Shown here: positions 19,024-28,670 of the stretch, one piece after another | Numbering within the stretch: the stretch's first letter is position 1 | How the letters are laid out: the number at the start of each line of letters is the position of its first letter | IMG/VR virus record: IMGVR_UViG_3300002242_000758 | Span: 1-64,000 of that record | Length of the DNA stretch: 64,000 nt | Reading direction: 5' to 3' (one strand) | DNA from: an uncultured virus (IMG/VR IMGVR_UViG_3300002242_000758) | Taxonomy: Duplodnaviria; Heunggongvirae; Uroviricota; Caudoviricetes | Position numbers and translations under genes: made by a program | The notes under the pieces: model-generated | The model's input: the letters and a program-made list of their open reading frames with translations, nothing else | The model's database searches: none | Told to the model about the DNA's origin: nothing

Positions 19024-19968
19024 ATGTATGATGTATATACTGGAACACTAGGAGCTTTCTTTAATAGAGAAAAAGTAGAATATGGACTTAACACTGTTTT
19101 AGCTAATGTTGATGGAAGTCTGAGTTATGAAGTCGCTGAGGATAGAGTCAGAGTGATTATATTAACTGGAGCTAACGATATAGAAAAAGAAGTTCCTACT
19201 TTTCAGCACCCTATTATTTTTGAAACAGTTAAAGGTGATAGGGCAGTAGCATGTGACTTAAGACCATTTATGAAATCTAATTTAGAAAATATTATAACTG
19301 TAAGAGATAAACTAGCTGATAAATATAATGGCATGTTACAATTGTATAGGCTAATTCTTACTAAGTTATTAGTAGAAGATGAAGGATATTGGCTAGGGGC
19401 GCTAAATGACCATCTTAGAGAATCATTTTCTACTATTATAAAAACAGTTATATCAGTTTTGACTTATAACGAATCAGTAAAAAGACCTGTTGAGATTGTT
19501 AGCGATTTGCATTATGCATCTGTAGATATAGATAAAGATATAAGCGATAAAAGTAAAATTTTAGAATTACTGCCTAGAGATGATACTAGTGATCTTTTAA
19601 GAGGCGACTATACTTATATTTATAGGAAAATTCTTGATGGTGATTTAATTTTGCCTAGTAGGACAATAGGTAGTTTGACTAATAACATAATAAATGTTTT
19701 AGATAGTAAACGTGCGTCTGGTATAAATGTAGATATCTTAGTTAAATCTTTATCAGCAGGATTTTTTAGCTTAGATAGAAAAGGTATAGCTATAGCTATG
19801 GTAGAAGATAAACCTACTTTAGCAGCATTGCTTTATATGGTTATAACCGAAAGTGTGAACAGCAAATCTACTTTTAGAAGAATAATCATGGGCGCAAAGA
19901 GATTTACAAAACCTAATGACTTTGTTAAAGGCTTTAAAAGAGTTATAGATGAACAAATAGTAGGCTAG
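19024..19968 (+). CDS. conserved phiKZ-like protein preceding the DNA polymerase (gp49-like)
   Basis: 314 aa; VPTFQHPI..DLRPF and AMVEDKPT motifs; synteny with the polymerase. Confidence 0.55.
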   Translation: MYDVYTGTLGAFFNREKVEYGLNTVLANVDGSLSYEVAEDRVRVIILTGANDIEKEVPTFQHPIIFETVKGDRAVACDLRPFMKSNLENIITVRDKLADKYNGMLQLYRLILTKLLVEDEGYWLGALNDHLRESFSTIIKTVISVLTYNESVKRPVEIVSDLHYASVDIDKDISDKSKILELLPRDDTSDLLRGDYTYIYRKILDGDLILPSRTIGSLTNNIINVLDSKRASGINVDILVKSLSAGFFSLDRKGIAIAMVEDKPTLAALLYMVITESVNSKSTFRRIIMGAKRFTKPNDFVKGFKRVIDEQIVG

Positions 19969-19988
19969 TAACATATGTTACTAGCCTA
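19961..19988 (+). terminator. terminator hairpin overlapping the stop codon
   Basis: TAGGCTAGTAACATATGTTACTAGCCTA is a perfect palindrome. Confidence 0.7.
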
Positions 19989-20042
19989 TATGGTTTTATT
20001 TTTTCTAATAGATAGATGTTCTGAATAGAAAAAGGAGTATTT

Positions 20043-22178
20043 ATGGCGGATTTAGCAAACAGTTTTAAATTTAAATTAGAAGAGTATAAGAGAAATATAG
20101 ATCCTATAAAACACTATATGAAAATAGCATCTTTTGTTAGGGATAAATTAAAACAAACAAATAATAGCAGAGAAGTCATTAAAGAATATATAAAATCTAA
20201 TAAGAAGTATCAAAATCCTACTGTATATTTTAGAGAAAGAGATTTAGATGGTAATATATCTATGAAAAAAGAATCTCTTAAATCATATTTAGATAATGTA
20301 AAAAAAGAAGGTAATATTATGGTGCCTTCTGGAACAGTTTATTTTCCACCTAATAAAAAATTATCATTACACAGTGAATTTACGATGGTGAATAAGAAAG
20401 AACGCGACGTTCATAAAAAACAGGCATTTAAATACAAAATGGAAAAACTTTGGGACAAATTTAATTATCATAATACTATACAAAAAACTAAAAAAATATT
20501 TAATAACAGTCTGTCAGGGGCTTATGCTAGTGCTGGGACTATTCTTAATAACTCTTCAGCTCATTATACACTAACTAGTATGACGAGAGCTATGTCTGGT
20601 ATTGGAAATGCTATATCCGAATCTATCATTAAGGGTAATAAACATTATAGAAATCCTGATGTTATGTTAAGTCACATAGCTACTGTAGCATTATGGGCAG
20701 ATTTAGAAAGGATAGAGAGAACTGTTAAAAGGTATCATCTATATGTACCTACTGCTGATGAGGCTATGCAATATCTATTAAAAAGTAGTTCTAAATATTG
20801 GAGAGATATAGATAAAGAACTTATTATTTATAGATTCTTAAAATCTCTTAATGTGTATGAACGAGCGGCAGTTATTTATCATATAGATTTTTATGCTATA
20901 CGTACTTTTAACGATAATTTCGTGAGAGGTATAATACATGATTTTTTAGAATATGAGGTTATTAATTTTACTAGAGAAGAAGCTAATAATATTATAGATA
21001 ATACGAGCGAGGTAGTTCGTAATATATCTATATATAGCCTATCTGATAGATTAAAGGGCAAACAAAGAAATGATTACACAGATGAAGATATGGTAAACTT
21101 AGCTTCACTAGTTTTGAATGTAGAAAAAATTATGGGAACATTAGGTGAGGTTATAAGAACATTTTTTATAACATCAGTTTTTCCTCCAAACATTTCAAGA
21201 ATAAAAGATATGGTTAGGGAGGCTATAGTGCTATCAGATACTGATAGTACATGTGCTACATATGAGGACTGGCCAGACTGGTATTTTGGTAAACCAGTTA
21301 TGAATTCTCATGCAGTAGCTATAAGTAGTTTAATAATGTTTATAACTACAGAAGTTATGGACCACTATATAAAGTTGTTTGGAGTTAACCTTAATATAAG
21401 TTATGAAAAAGCTAAAGTATTAGCCATGAAAAATGAGTTCATGTGGGATGTGTTCGTTAATACTAATGTTTCTAAACATTATTATGCTAATATAACTATA
21501 CAAGAAGGAAATATTTATGATTTCGAGGATAAGAAAGCCACATTAGAAAAAAAAGGAGTTAATCTTATAGCTCCTAATGCCTATGGTCCTATTAGAGATT
21601 TAGTAGACGATATGATGGTATCTATTATGGAAGATGTTAGAACTATTGGTAAGATAGAATTGACTAAATATCTTAATATGGTTAAAGGTGCTGAGCGATT
21701 ACTTATTGATAAATTAAAAGAAGGCTCTCCAGAAATATTTAAACTAGAAAAAATAAAACCAGCTAAAGTTTATAAAAATGATCCTAGTCATTCTCCATAT
21801 TTCTATCATCTTTTATGGGAAACTATATTTAAAGAAAAATATGGTTCAGCACCAGATCCAACATATATAGCCGTTAAGATTCCAGTTATAGTTAAAAGTA
21901 AATCAGATATGGAGAAATTTTTAGATAGTATTAAGGATAAAAACTTAGCTGATAAATTTAGAAAATTTTTAAAAGATCATGACAAGTCTCATATCGGGAC
22001 ATATAGGTTACCATTAGTTAAAGTATATGAGAAAGGTATACCTGATATTTTAAAAGATTGGATAGACGTTAAGAGAGTCGTAAAAGATAATTGCAATCCT
22101 TTATATATGGTTTTAGAAACTATTGGGTATTATTTAAAAGAAGATTCTATCTTAACAGAATTAGATGGTATGATCTAA
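20043..22178 (+). CDS. divergent family B DNA polymerase, catalytic subunit (phiKZ gp50-like)
   Basis: 711 aa; Q..KKIFNNSLSG (motif B), VLSDTDST (motif C), SKHYY and EKKGV. Confidence 0.88.
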   Translation: MADLANSFKFKLEEYKRNIDPIKHYMKIASFVRDKLKQTNNSREVIKEYIKSNKKYQNPTVYFRERDLDGNISMKKESLKSYLDNVKKEGNIMVPSGTVYFPPNKKLSLHSEFTMVNKKERDVHKKQAFKYKMEKLWDKFNYHNTIQKTKKIFNNSLSGAYASAGTILNNSSAHYTLTSMTRAMSGIGNAISESIIKGNKHYRNPDVMLSHIATVALWADLERIERTVKRYHLYVPTADEAMQYLLKSSSKYWRDIDKELIIYRFLKSLNVYERAAVIYHIDFYAIRTFNDNFVRGIIHDFLEYEVINFTREEANNIIDNTSEVVRNISIYSLSDRLKGKQRNDYTDEDMVNLASLVLNVEKIMGTLGEVIRTFFITSVFPPNISRIKDMVREAIVLSDTDSTCATYEDWPDWYFGKPVMNSHAVAISSLIMFITTEVMDHYIKLFGVNLNISYEKAKVLAMKNEFMWDVFVNTNVSKHYYANITIQEGNIYDFEDKKATLEKKGVNLIAPNAYGPIRDLVDDMMVSIMEDVRTIGKIELTKYLNMVKGAERLLIDKLKEGSPEIFKLEKIKPAKVYKNDPSHSPYFYHLLWETIFKEKYGSAPDPTYIAVKIPVIVKSKSDMEKFLDSIKDKNLADKFRKFLKDHDKSHIGTYRLPLVKVYEKGIPDILKDWIDVKRVVKDNCNPLYMVLETIGYYLKEDSILTELDGMI

Positions 22179-22212
22179 TGATAGTGCATAAAATAAAAGA
22201 AAAAGGATTGCT

Positions 22213-22293
22213 ATGGGCCATTTTATAGACCAACATACGTTTATAATAATCTTATTAATCTTATTGTTATTACTTTTACCAGAATATTTATAA
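22213..22293 (+). CDS. 26-aa single-pass membrane peptide (MGHFIDQHTFIIILLILLLLLLPEYL)
   Basis: AAAGGA RBS before ATG 22213; TAA 22291-22293 abuts the next gene's RBS; not in the ORF track. Confidence 0.55.
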   Translation: MGHFIDQHTFIIILLILLLLLLPEYL

Positions 22294-22306
22294 AAGGAGA
22301 AATTAG

Positions 22307-22873
22307 ATGGAAAGACTTATTGTTTTAACTGGATATAGTAGATGTGGAAAAGATACCACTGCTAAAGCTTTAAAAAATAGATATAAGAAAAATGGTAAAA
22401 AAGTCGATATTTTTAATTTTAGTAGGGTACTTAAAGAAATTTTATCTAAGATATTGGATATAAGTATAGATAAGTTAGATAAGTTAAAAAATAATCGTGT
22501 AACTATAGAAACAAAATATTTTAGTTTTGATATTAGAACATTGTTAAAAAGAACAGCTGATGTTTTTAGAGGTTTAAGAGGTGATGATTTTTTCGCTAGA
22601 CAGATAATAGACTCTATAACAGAATCAGAGGCGGATGTTATTATTATAACGGATTTGAGATTTCATGTAGAATATGAAACTTTAAAATCTTTAGGCAAAG
22701 AGTTCGTTACAGTAAGAGTTATAAGGAATGACCCCGAATGTAAAGCGAGAAAAGGGGATGAAGAAGTTGATGCCTTAGCATACGATATAAGACTTATCAA
22801 AGAGGATAATGGTAAATGCATCGATAAACTATACAGCCAAATAGAAGAAAAATATAAACTTATGGTAATATAG
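22307..22873 (+). CDS. deoxynucleoside monophosphate kinase (T4 gp1-like)
   Basis: P-loop LTGYSRCGKDT, FS..LKE, IITDLRFHVE. Confidence 0.85.
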   Translation: MERLIVLTGYSRCGKDTTAKALKNRYKKNGKKVDIFNFSRVLKEILSKILDISIDKLDKLKNNRVTIETKYFSFDIRTLLKRTADVFRGLRGDDFFARQIIDSITESEADVIIITDLRFHVEYETLKSLGKEFVTVRVIRNDPECKARKGDEEVDALAYDIRLIKEDNGKCIDKLYSQIEEKYKLMVI

Positions 22874-22884
22874 GTCGCTCTATA

Positions 22885-23259
22885 TTACCATATAATTTTA
22901 TAAGTATTGTTAACTTTATCAACTAGAGCCTTACCTATAATGTTACCTGTAGGATCAGTCAGATCTAAAAGTTTAGGATCTTTACTTTTATTAGTGTGAT
23001 AGTAATAATCACTTTCAAATGTTTCATTAACATTTTTACTATATATTTTACATCTAACATATACTTCATTATCATCAGTACATGTACTTCCATCTGAACA
23101 AGTTAATTCAGTCTCCCAGACATCTACATCATCGCCATATAGAGTCTCTTCTTTTATAATATTATTAAAATTAGGATCTTCTGCTACTTGCCATTTAATA
23201 GCTACTATACCACTTATTTCATTAGCCTTTACAAAATCTTTTAAATAAAATCTAGCCAT
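22885..23259 (-). CDS. small Fn3/Ig-like domain protein
   Basis: 124 aa; VAIKWQVAEDPNFNNII..VYVRCK; GGAG RBS. Confidence 0.6.
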   Translation of the reverse strand: MARFYLKDFVKANEISGIVAIKWQVAEDPNFNNIIKEETLYGDDVDVWETELTCSDGSTCTDDNEVYVRCKIYSKNVNETFESDYYYHTNKSKDPKLLDLTDPTGNIIGKALVDKVNNTYKIIW

Positions 23260-23333
23260 AATTAACTCCGTTTATTAATTTCAAAGAAATTCATTCTTCG
23301 AATATTTTGAAAAAACTATAATAAGGATAACCT

Positions 23334-24806
23334 ATGATAAATTATGGTATAGAAAGCATATATAGACAAAAGGATACCAGTTTTTTAGATAGTTTACAGA
23401 ATGATATAGAAGAAATTTATGATATTATAAAACTTAGTGTTCCAGACATATTAGAGTCTTTACGGAATTTAGACAAGGGATATGAAGATTATAATAAATA
23501 TAAAAAAGAGATACAGATTAGTTTAATAAAAGATAAATTAGATCATATGTCCAAAATTTTAACTGAAAGATTTGGTGTAAATATATTTATAAATAACTTA
23601 GTAGATAAAGATAAAATAGTTAATATAATCATCCCACCATTAAATAGTGGCGTTATAGATTTAGCCATGAAAGATATAGATAAATTGTTTCATAAAAAGT
23701 TTACATTATCGAGCTTATGGGAAGAAACTCTTAGTAAGAATGAACGGATATCATATGATTTTATTAGAAACTTAAGAGATGCAATAAAATCAGGACAGTT
23801 TAGCTTAGATTTAAAGAATGCTAGAATAGTAGGTCTTAACCATGTTAAAGTACCTATATCTTTTAACTTTTTAGCGGCTATGATATTAAGATTAGAACCA
23901 AAAGAAGTTGTTTCTATTATTTTAGAGCAGATAGGGCTACTATTTACACATTTGGAATATTTGTATACTACCACGAATAATAATTATACCTTGTTAAATA
24001 CATTTCTAAATGAAAGATTTAATAAACAAACTCCTCCATTAGAGGCATTAAAATTAGCATTAGCTAAAACAGATATAGACGTACCATTAGATTTTACTAC
24101 ACCTATGGCCGTACTAGAAGCATTAGACATATACATATTAAAAACTTTTAGATATGATAAGAATAAAAAAGATATGACTTTAGACTATCAGTCATTAAGT
24201 GACGAATTTGTTACTCTCTTTGGATATGGTGGTGAATTAACATCTGCGTTGATAAAAATACAAGATTGGGGTAAAGTATCTTTAGAAATAAAAAAAGATC
24301 GTACATTGGCTATAGCGATTAATATTATTAAAATATTAACATTTTTATCTAGCGCAATTATAACTATTTTAATATTTGGAGTGTTTGGTATACTAATAGT
24401 AGCGGCTATGATAGGTGTAGCTATGATAAAGCTTGTTATAAAATTTATACTTAACTTAGTATTTTCTCTACTAGCTGCCATATTTAATTTAGATTTGGGT
24501 TCTTATAGCAATACTGAAGTTCTTATACAAAGATTAAATAAATTAAAACTAGACCTAATAAAGCAAGTAAGGCAATTAGGTAATGGCGATAAAATAGAAA
24601 AAAGCATTATTATAAGTCAGATAGACTTTATAAAAAGAAATATTTCCTTTCTTAAAAATAAGTTAGGAATTTTAAATAAAAGTGATAATACTTTAATGAA
24701 TGAAGATATTGAAACTTTACAAAAGAAATTTGTTGAGCAATTAACAGAAAATGAGTTGCATTATTATAGTGCCAAATTTTCTGATCTAAAAAAATATCAA
24801 AAATAA
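23334..24806 (+). CDS. virion head protein with degenerate zinc-metallopeptidase motif and hydrophobic hairpin (phiKZ gp83-86-like family)
   Basis: 490 aa; N-terminal GIE site, LDLKNARIVG, EVVSIILEQIGLLF, SDEFVTLFGYGGEL, long hydrophobic stretch, LTENEL. Confidence 0.65.
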   Translation: MINYGIESIYRQKDTSFLDSLQNDIEEIYDIIKLSVPDILESLRNLDKGYEDYNKYKKEIQISLIKDKLDHMSKILTERFGVNIFINNLVDKDKIVNIIIPPLNSGVIDLAMKDIDKLFHKKFTLSSLWEETLSKNERISYDFIRNLRDAIKSGQFSLDLKNARIVGLNHVKVPISFNFLAAMILRLEPKEVVSIILEQIGLLFTHLEYLYTTTNNNYTLLNTFLNERFNKQTPPLEALKLALAKTDIDVPLDFTTPMAVLEALDIYILKTFRYDKNKKDMTLDYQSLSDEFVTLFGYGGELTSALIKIQDWGKVSLEIKKDRTLAIAINIIKILTFLSSAIITILIFGVFGILIVAAMIGVAMIKLVIKFILNLVFSLLAAIFNLDLGSYSNTEVLIQRLNKLKLDLIKQVRQLGNGDKIEKSIIISQIDFIKRNISFLKNKLGILNKSDNTLMNEDIETLQKKFVEQLTENELHYYSAKFSDLKKYQK

Positions 24807-24815
24807 GGATAAGAC

Positions 24816-25265
24816 ATGATGGTGTTTAGAGGTAACATTTTCGATGAAAATTCAAGTGTTGAGGAAATAGCGGAAAAATTTCTAGAGCCTAGTCAAAATC
24901 TTAGATATGAATATCCAAATTTGGAAGTACTACCTAAGGAAGAAAGAAAGGCTATATGGGTAGGAGCAGTTTTTAAAATAGTGGACGATATAGAGTTGGA
25001 TATGGATAGAAATCTATCTAGGGTAGTATTAAATGTGATAATTAAAAGAATAGCATCTGCTATAGCATTAGCATTAAGAGAAAATAATATAGTAGATGAT
25101 ACTTTTGTAATAGAGTTAGGGTTTAAACTACTTGAAGATAAAATAGCTATGTACTCTAATAAATTTAAATTATTCCGTTTGACTAGAGAACAATATGCGG
25201 CTAAATATATAAAAGATAAGCAATTGTATAATAATTTTACTATTAGAGCATATTTGGAAGTATAG
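24816..25265 (+). CDS. hypothetical protein, paralog of 25278-25742
   Basis: 149 aa; colinear similarity to its neighbour. Confidence 0.75.
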   Translation: MMVFRGNIFDENSSVEEIAEKFLEPSQNLRYEYPNLEVLPKEERKAIWVGAVFKIVDDIELDMDRNLSRVVLNVIIKRIASAIALALRENNIVDDTFVIELGFKLLEDKIAMYSNKFKLFRLTREQYAAKYIKDKQLYNNFTIRAYLEV

Positions 25266-25277
25266 AAAGGTTTTACA

Positions 25278-25742
25278 ATGTTTTTTTATAATGGAAAAAA
25301 ATTTCAACCATTCGCTAAAAAAGAAGAACTTAAAACTGTATTTTCACCATTATCCATGAGTCTTAAAAAAGCTTATCCATTATTAGCCACTATGTCTAAT
25401 GATGAAAAAGAAGCTATACTAACTGGATTGGTAGTAAAAACAGTAGATAAATTAAAAGAGGATACGAGATTAGCGGCAGAAATAGCTGGGTTATCCCCTG
25501 ATAAATTAAAAGCTATTGCCGCTATATTTGCTAATGGTTTAGCTTTAGCACTATATGAGCATAATAGTATAGATACTGAAAAAGTAAAAAATATAGCATT
25601 TGAGGTTATGCATACAAGGCTAATCATGATGGCTGGTAAGTTTAAAATCTATAAGGTTATTAAAGAACCGTTTAGACCCATAAAAGCTTTAGAAAATGAT
25701 AAAAATTTAAAACTTTTCATTACAGCATATAACAAATTTTAA
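25278..25742 (+). CDS. hypothetical protein, paralog of 24816-25265
   Basis: 154 aa; colinear similarity to its neighbour. Confidence 0.75.
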   Translation: MFFYNGKKFQPFAKKEELKTVFSPLSMSLKKAYPLLATMSNDEKEAILTGLVVKTVDKLKEDTRLAAEIAGLSPDKLKAIAAIFANGLALALYEHNSIDTEKVKNIAFEVMHTRLIMMAGKFKIYKVIKEPFRPIKALENDKNLKLFITAYNKF

Positions 25743-25746
25743 ATAA

Positions 25747-25780
25747 TAAGTACTAGTAGGCTAATCCTACTAGTACTTAT
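25747..25780. terminator. bidirectional terminator
   Basis: TAAGTACTAGTAGG..CCTACTAGTACTTA stem between convergent stops. Confidence 0.75.
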
Positions 25781-25782
25781 GT

Positions 25783-28650
25783 TTATATTTTTACTACAGT
25801 TATAGATATATCTGGCTTTACGACTAGCTCGCCATTAGGTTGTCTGACTAATCGTTTATTGACTATGAATTTAGAACTATATTCTACATAGTTTAGAATA
25901 TTAGTTTCATTATTAGGGAATATATTAGATATTCTCACTGATAATACATCAGGTCCTATACTCTCTTCTATTTTTTTCTCTATACTAGCTATAGTAACTG
26001 GTTTGGATAGTTCTTCTTGTACTATAAGCGCTACTTTTCTTTCCATAGCACTAGTTAATACAAATGGTATTTCCTTATCTACATATATAATAACAGTAGG
26101 GCTAACAAAGTTATCGAAAGCTACATTTAAATAGTTAATATTAACCACTACTTTATTTAAATTGTTAGATGGTATAAATTTTATTCTAGTATTATCTAAA
26201 AGATATTGATTTATAGTTTTTAACTCATCTGTTATAACATTAGTCAGTTCTTTAAAGTAAGCGATTCTATAATCTTTATAGGTTTTATTTGTTACTCTTA
26301 AGAAATTATCCTCTATGAGTAATAGAGTAGGTATATGTATAACACCGAACTCATTATCTATAATAGGCTTCCCATTATCATCTAACATTACATCACCTTT
26401 ATGATGTAAAATAACTGGATTTCCATTAGAATCTTTCACTATTTCACCCGCATGATGAGCTATGACCAATTCTACGTCATCATCTTGACCATCGTTATCT
26501 GTATCTTTAGGCACTATTTTAATAGTACCGTCCTTGTCTAACTCATATACATTTTCTTTATATGTTAGATAAACATCTTCCTCGTATACTTTAAATTTTC
26601 TTCTAGTATAGCTTAGTCTATAATTAGTAAATAAATTTTCTAAGACTATACCGAAATTTATATCAAAAAACTCTTGGTAAAATACTGCTGTTGGAGTTTC
26701 ATTATAAACTAAGGTTAAATCCCCAGCTTCTATTCCATTAGGAAGATCATTTTTTGTAGTATATATAGTCATACTGAAGTTAGTAGTTATATTTACTCCC
26801 ATTTCAGCTAAATCACCAATACCATTAACAAGCATTAAAGTATCATTTTTATCTATATAACCATTTGTTTTTAGATTAAATGTAAAGTATACTTTATCAT
26901 TAGTTATAGTAGAATTACCTTTAATTATGAATTTACCACCATTTTTAGTATGGTAAACTAGTTCGCCAAATAGATAATTAGAGCCTATTTCAGTTATCCA
27001 TGATTCTGGTTCTATTTCTATAGTAGCGATATAATTATCGCTATCTTCTTCTATTTTATATTTCATACTTCTATCTAATATAGTAACAGTAGATGTGGAG
27101 TTGTCATTAATGTATGTAGTTTTTACATTATCTATAGTAGGTTGGTTAACATCATAAACTCTTAAATATAATCCATTTTCTTTATCTAAAATATATTTAT
27201 ATAGGTTAAAGAAATATTTATTCTTGTTATATTCATCTATTTTAGATAACGCCATATTAGCTAATTCTGATTCTTCATTACTATTTAATGGTCTAATGGT
27301 GCCATTTTTATATTTATAAAATTGGAATGGTTCTATAATAGTATAATTGTCTCTAAATTTTATTTTCTTACTATTTATATTTGGTTTATACAAATGAACT
27401 TCATTGTAAAATTCGTCTATAGTTGTAAATACATCGTAATTTAAATTGCCTATATTTTTATTAACTAGTATCTCTCTTTCTAATAATGTATTAAATGTAG
27501 CAGCATAACTAAAACCATAATTAGTTATCTTATCTTTTATTTCATAGATAGTTATAGGGAGTTTGTTATCGCCAGTGCTTTTGGTGATGACCTTATTCTT
27601 AAGCTCTTGAAATGTTATTTCATCCATACCACCATATGTATAGGTATTAGCAGATACAACAAAATTAATATTTTTTATACCAGTTATACGAGGATCTGTA
27701 GTATTAGGCATCTCTATATGGAAGACAAAATCTGTGCTGTTATAACTATATAGTGGCTCTACTATATTACCTAATGTTGTATATAACTCAACATTGACAA
27801 AACTTTCTATCATATCTTTAAATACGAATACTGATGGTACTTCTAAAACTATATTATTGTCTAATGGTTTTATTAAAATATAAGGGACATCCGGGTTGTA
27901 TACAAATTCACTATATGTTTTCTTTAACTCTATAGGGAGACCCGTTTTTAAATCCATACTATCAGCAGTTAAGAATGTATATTTTTCGTTATTATTTAAT
28001 TTAAATTCCATAACTATTGGAGAACCCTTTATTATAGTTTCATTATAGACATATCGTTTAATTTGCTGTAATTCAATATCTAATAATATCCATTCCATTC
28101 CATTATTATCTGTTAATGTTGTAGAATCTATCATCTCTCCGCTTTTATAGCTTATATCTAGTGTATTATACATAAATTTGGCAAATGTCTTACCATTATT
28201 ATATACTTTTACTAAAATATCATTAAGTAAAGTATATGTTAGATCATTGATAGTTATAGTACTAAATTTCGGTATAATTATCTCAGTATAGTTACCAGTC
28301 CTATAGCCAAAATTTAAAATATCTTTCTTGTTAATCATAAAACTAAAACCAGCTTTACTTGGAACTGCAAAAATATTATTAAGTTCGTCATTAGTTAGAT
28401 GGTGGTATAATGATTTTTTATCAGTAGCCAAATATGGATACATATTTCTCATATTAGAAGCATACTCTTGAGCTAACGCTGAACTTATTGTGGCTGTATT
28501 TTCCATTAGAAAAATAAATGGATTACTTGGATCTGGGATATCTAATTTACCATTTAAGCCTTTATCTATATAATCTAGACTTTTAACCATAATAAGGTTG
28601 GGGTCATAGATATATTTAGTTAACTCTTTTTTTATATCATCTTTATTCAT
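25783..28650 (-). CDS. baseplate wedge protein (phiKZ gp87-like)
   Basis: 955 aa; DPSNPFIFLME, YPYLA..SLYHHL, YTTLG, GG.D..F..L, repeated H(H)xGD/E...D.NG.P. Confidence 0.8.
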   Translation of the reverse strand: MNKDDIKKELTKYIYDPNLIMVKSLDYIDKGLNGKLDIPDPSNPFIFLMENTATISSALAQEYASNMRNMYPYLATDKKSLYHHLTNDELNNIFAVPSKAGFSFMINKKDILNFGYRTGNYTEIIIPKFSTITINDLTYTLLNDILVKVYNNGKTFAKFMYNTLDISYKSGEMIDSTTLTDNNGMEWILLDIELQQIKRYVYNETIIKGSPIVMEFKLNNNEKYTFLTADSMDLKTGLPIELKKTYSEFVYNPDVPYILIKPLDNNIVLEVPSVFVFKDMIESFVNVELYTTLGNIVEPLYSYNSTDFVFHIEMPNTTDPRITGIKNINFVVSANTYTYGGMDEITFQELKNKVITKSTGDNKLPITIYEIKDKITNYGFSYAATFNTLLEREILVNKNIGNLNYDVFTTIDEFYNEVHLYKPNINSKKIKFRDNYTIIEPFQFYKYKNGTIRPLNSNEESELANMALSKIDEYNKNKYFFNLYKYILDKENGLYLRVYDVNQPTIDNVKTTYINDNSTSTVTILDRSMKYKIEEDSDNYIATIEIEPESWITEIGSNYLFGELVYHTKNGGKFIIKGNSTITNDKVYFTFNLKTNGYIDKNDTLMLVNGIGDLAEMGVNITTNFSMTIYTTKNDLPNGIEAGDLTLVYNETPTAVFYQEFFDINFGIVLENLFTNYRLSYTRRKFKVYEEDVYLTYKENVYELDKDGTIKIVPKDTDNDGQDDDVELVIAHHAGEIVKDSNGNPVILHHKGDVMLDDNGKPIIDNEFGVIHIPTLLLIEDNFLRVTNKTYKDYRIAYFKELTNVITDELKTINQYLLDNTRIKFIPSNNLNKVVVNINYLNVAFDNFVSPTVIIYVDKEIPFVLTSAMERKVALIVQEELSKPVTIASIEKKIEESIGPDVLSVRISNIFPNNETNILNYVEYSSKFIVNKRLVRQPNGELVVKPDISITVVKI

Positions 28651-28670
28651 GCTCTTCTCCTTTTACTGTG

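Noticed and set aside
26360..26510. DTDNDG Ca-binding-like loop and HHxG repeats in the gp87-like protein
   Set aside because: The short repeats are typical of this family as I recall; a single DxDxDG match is weak evidence.
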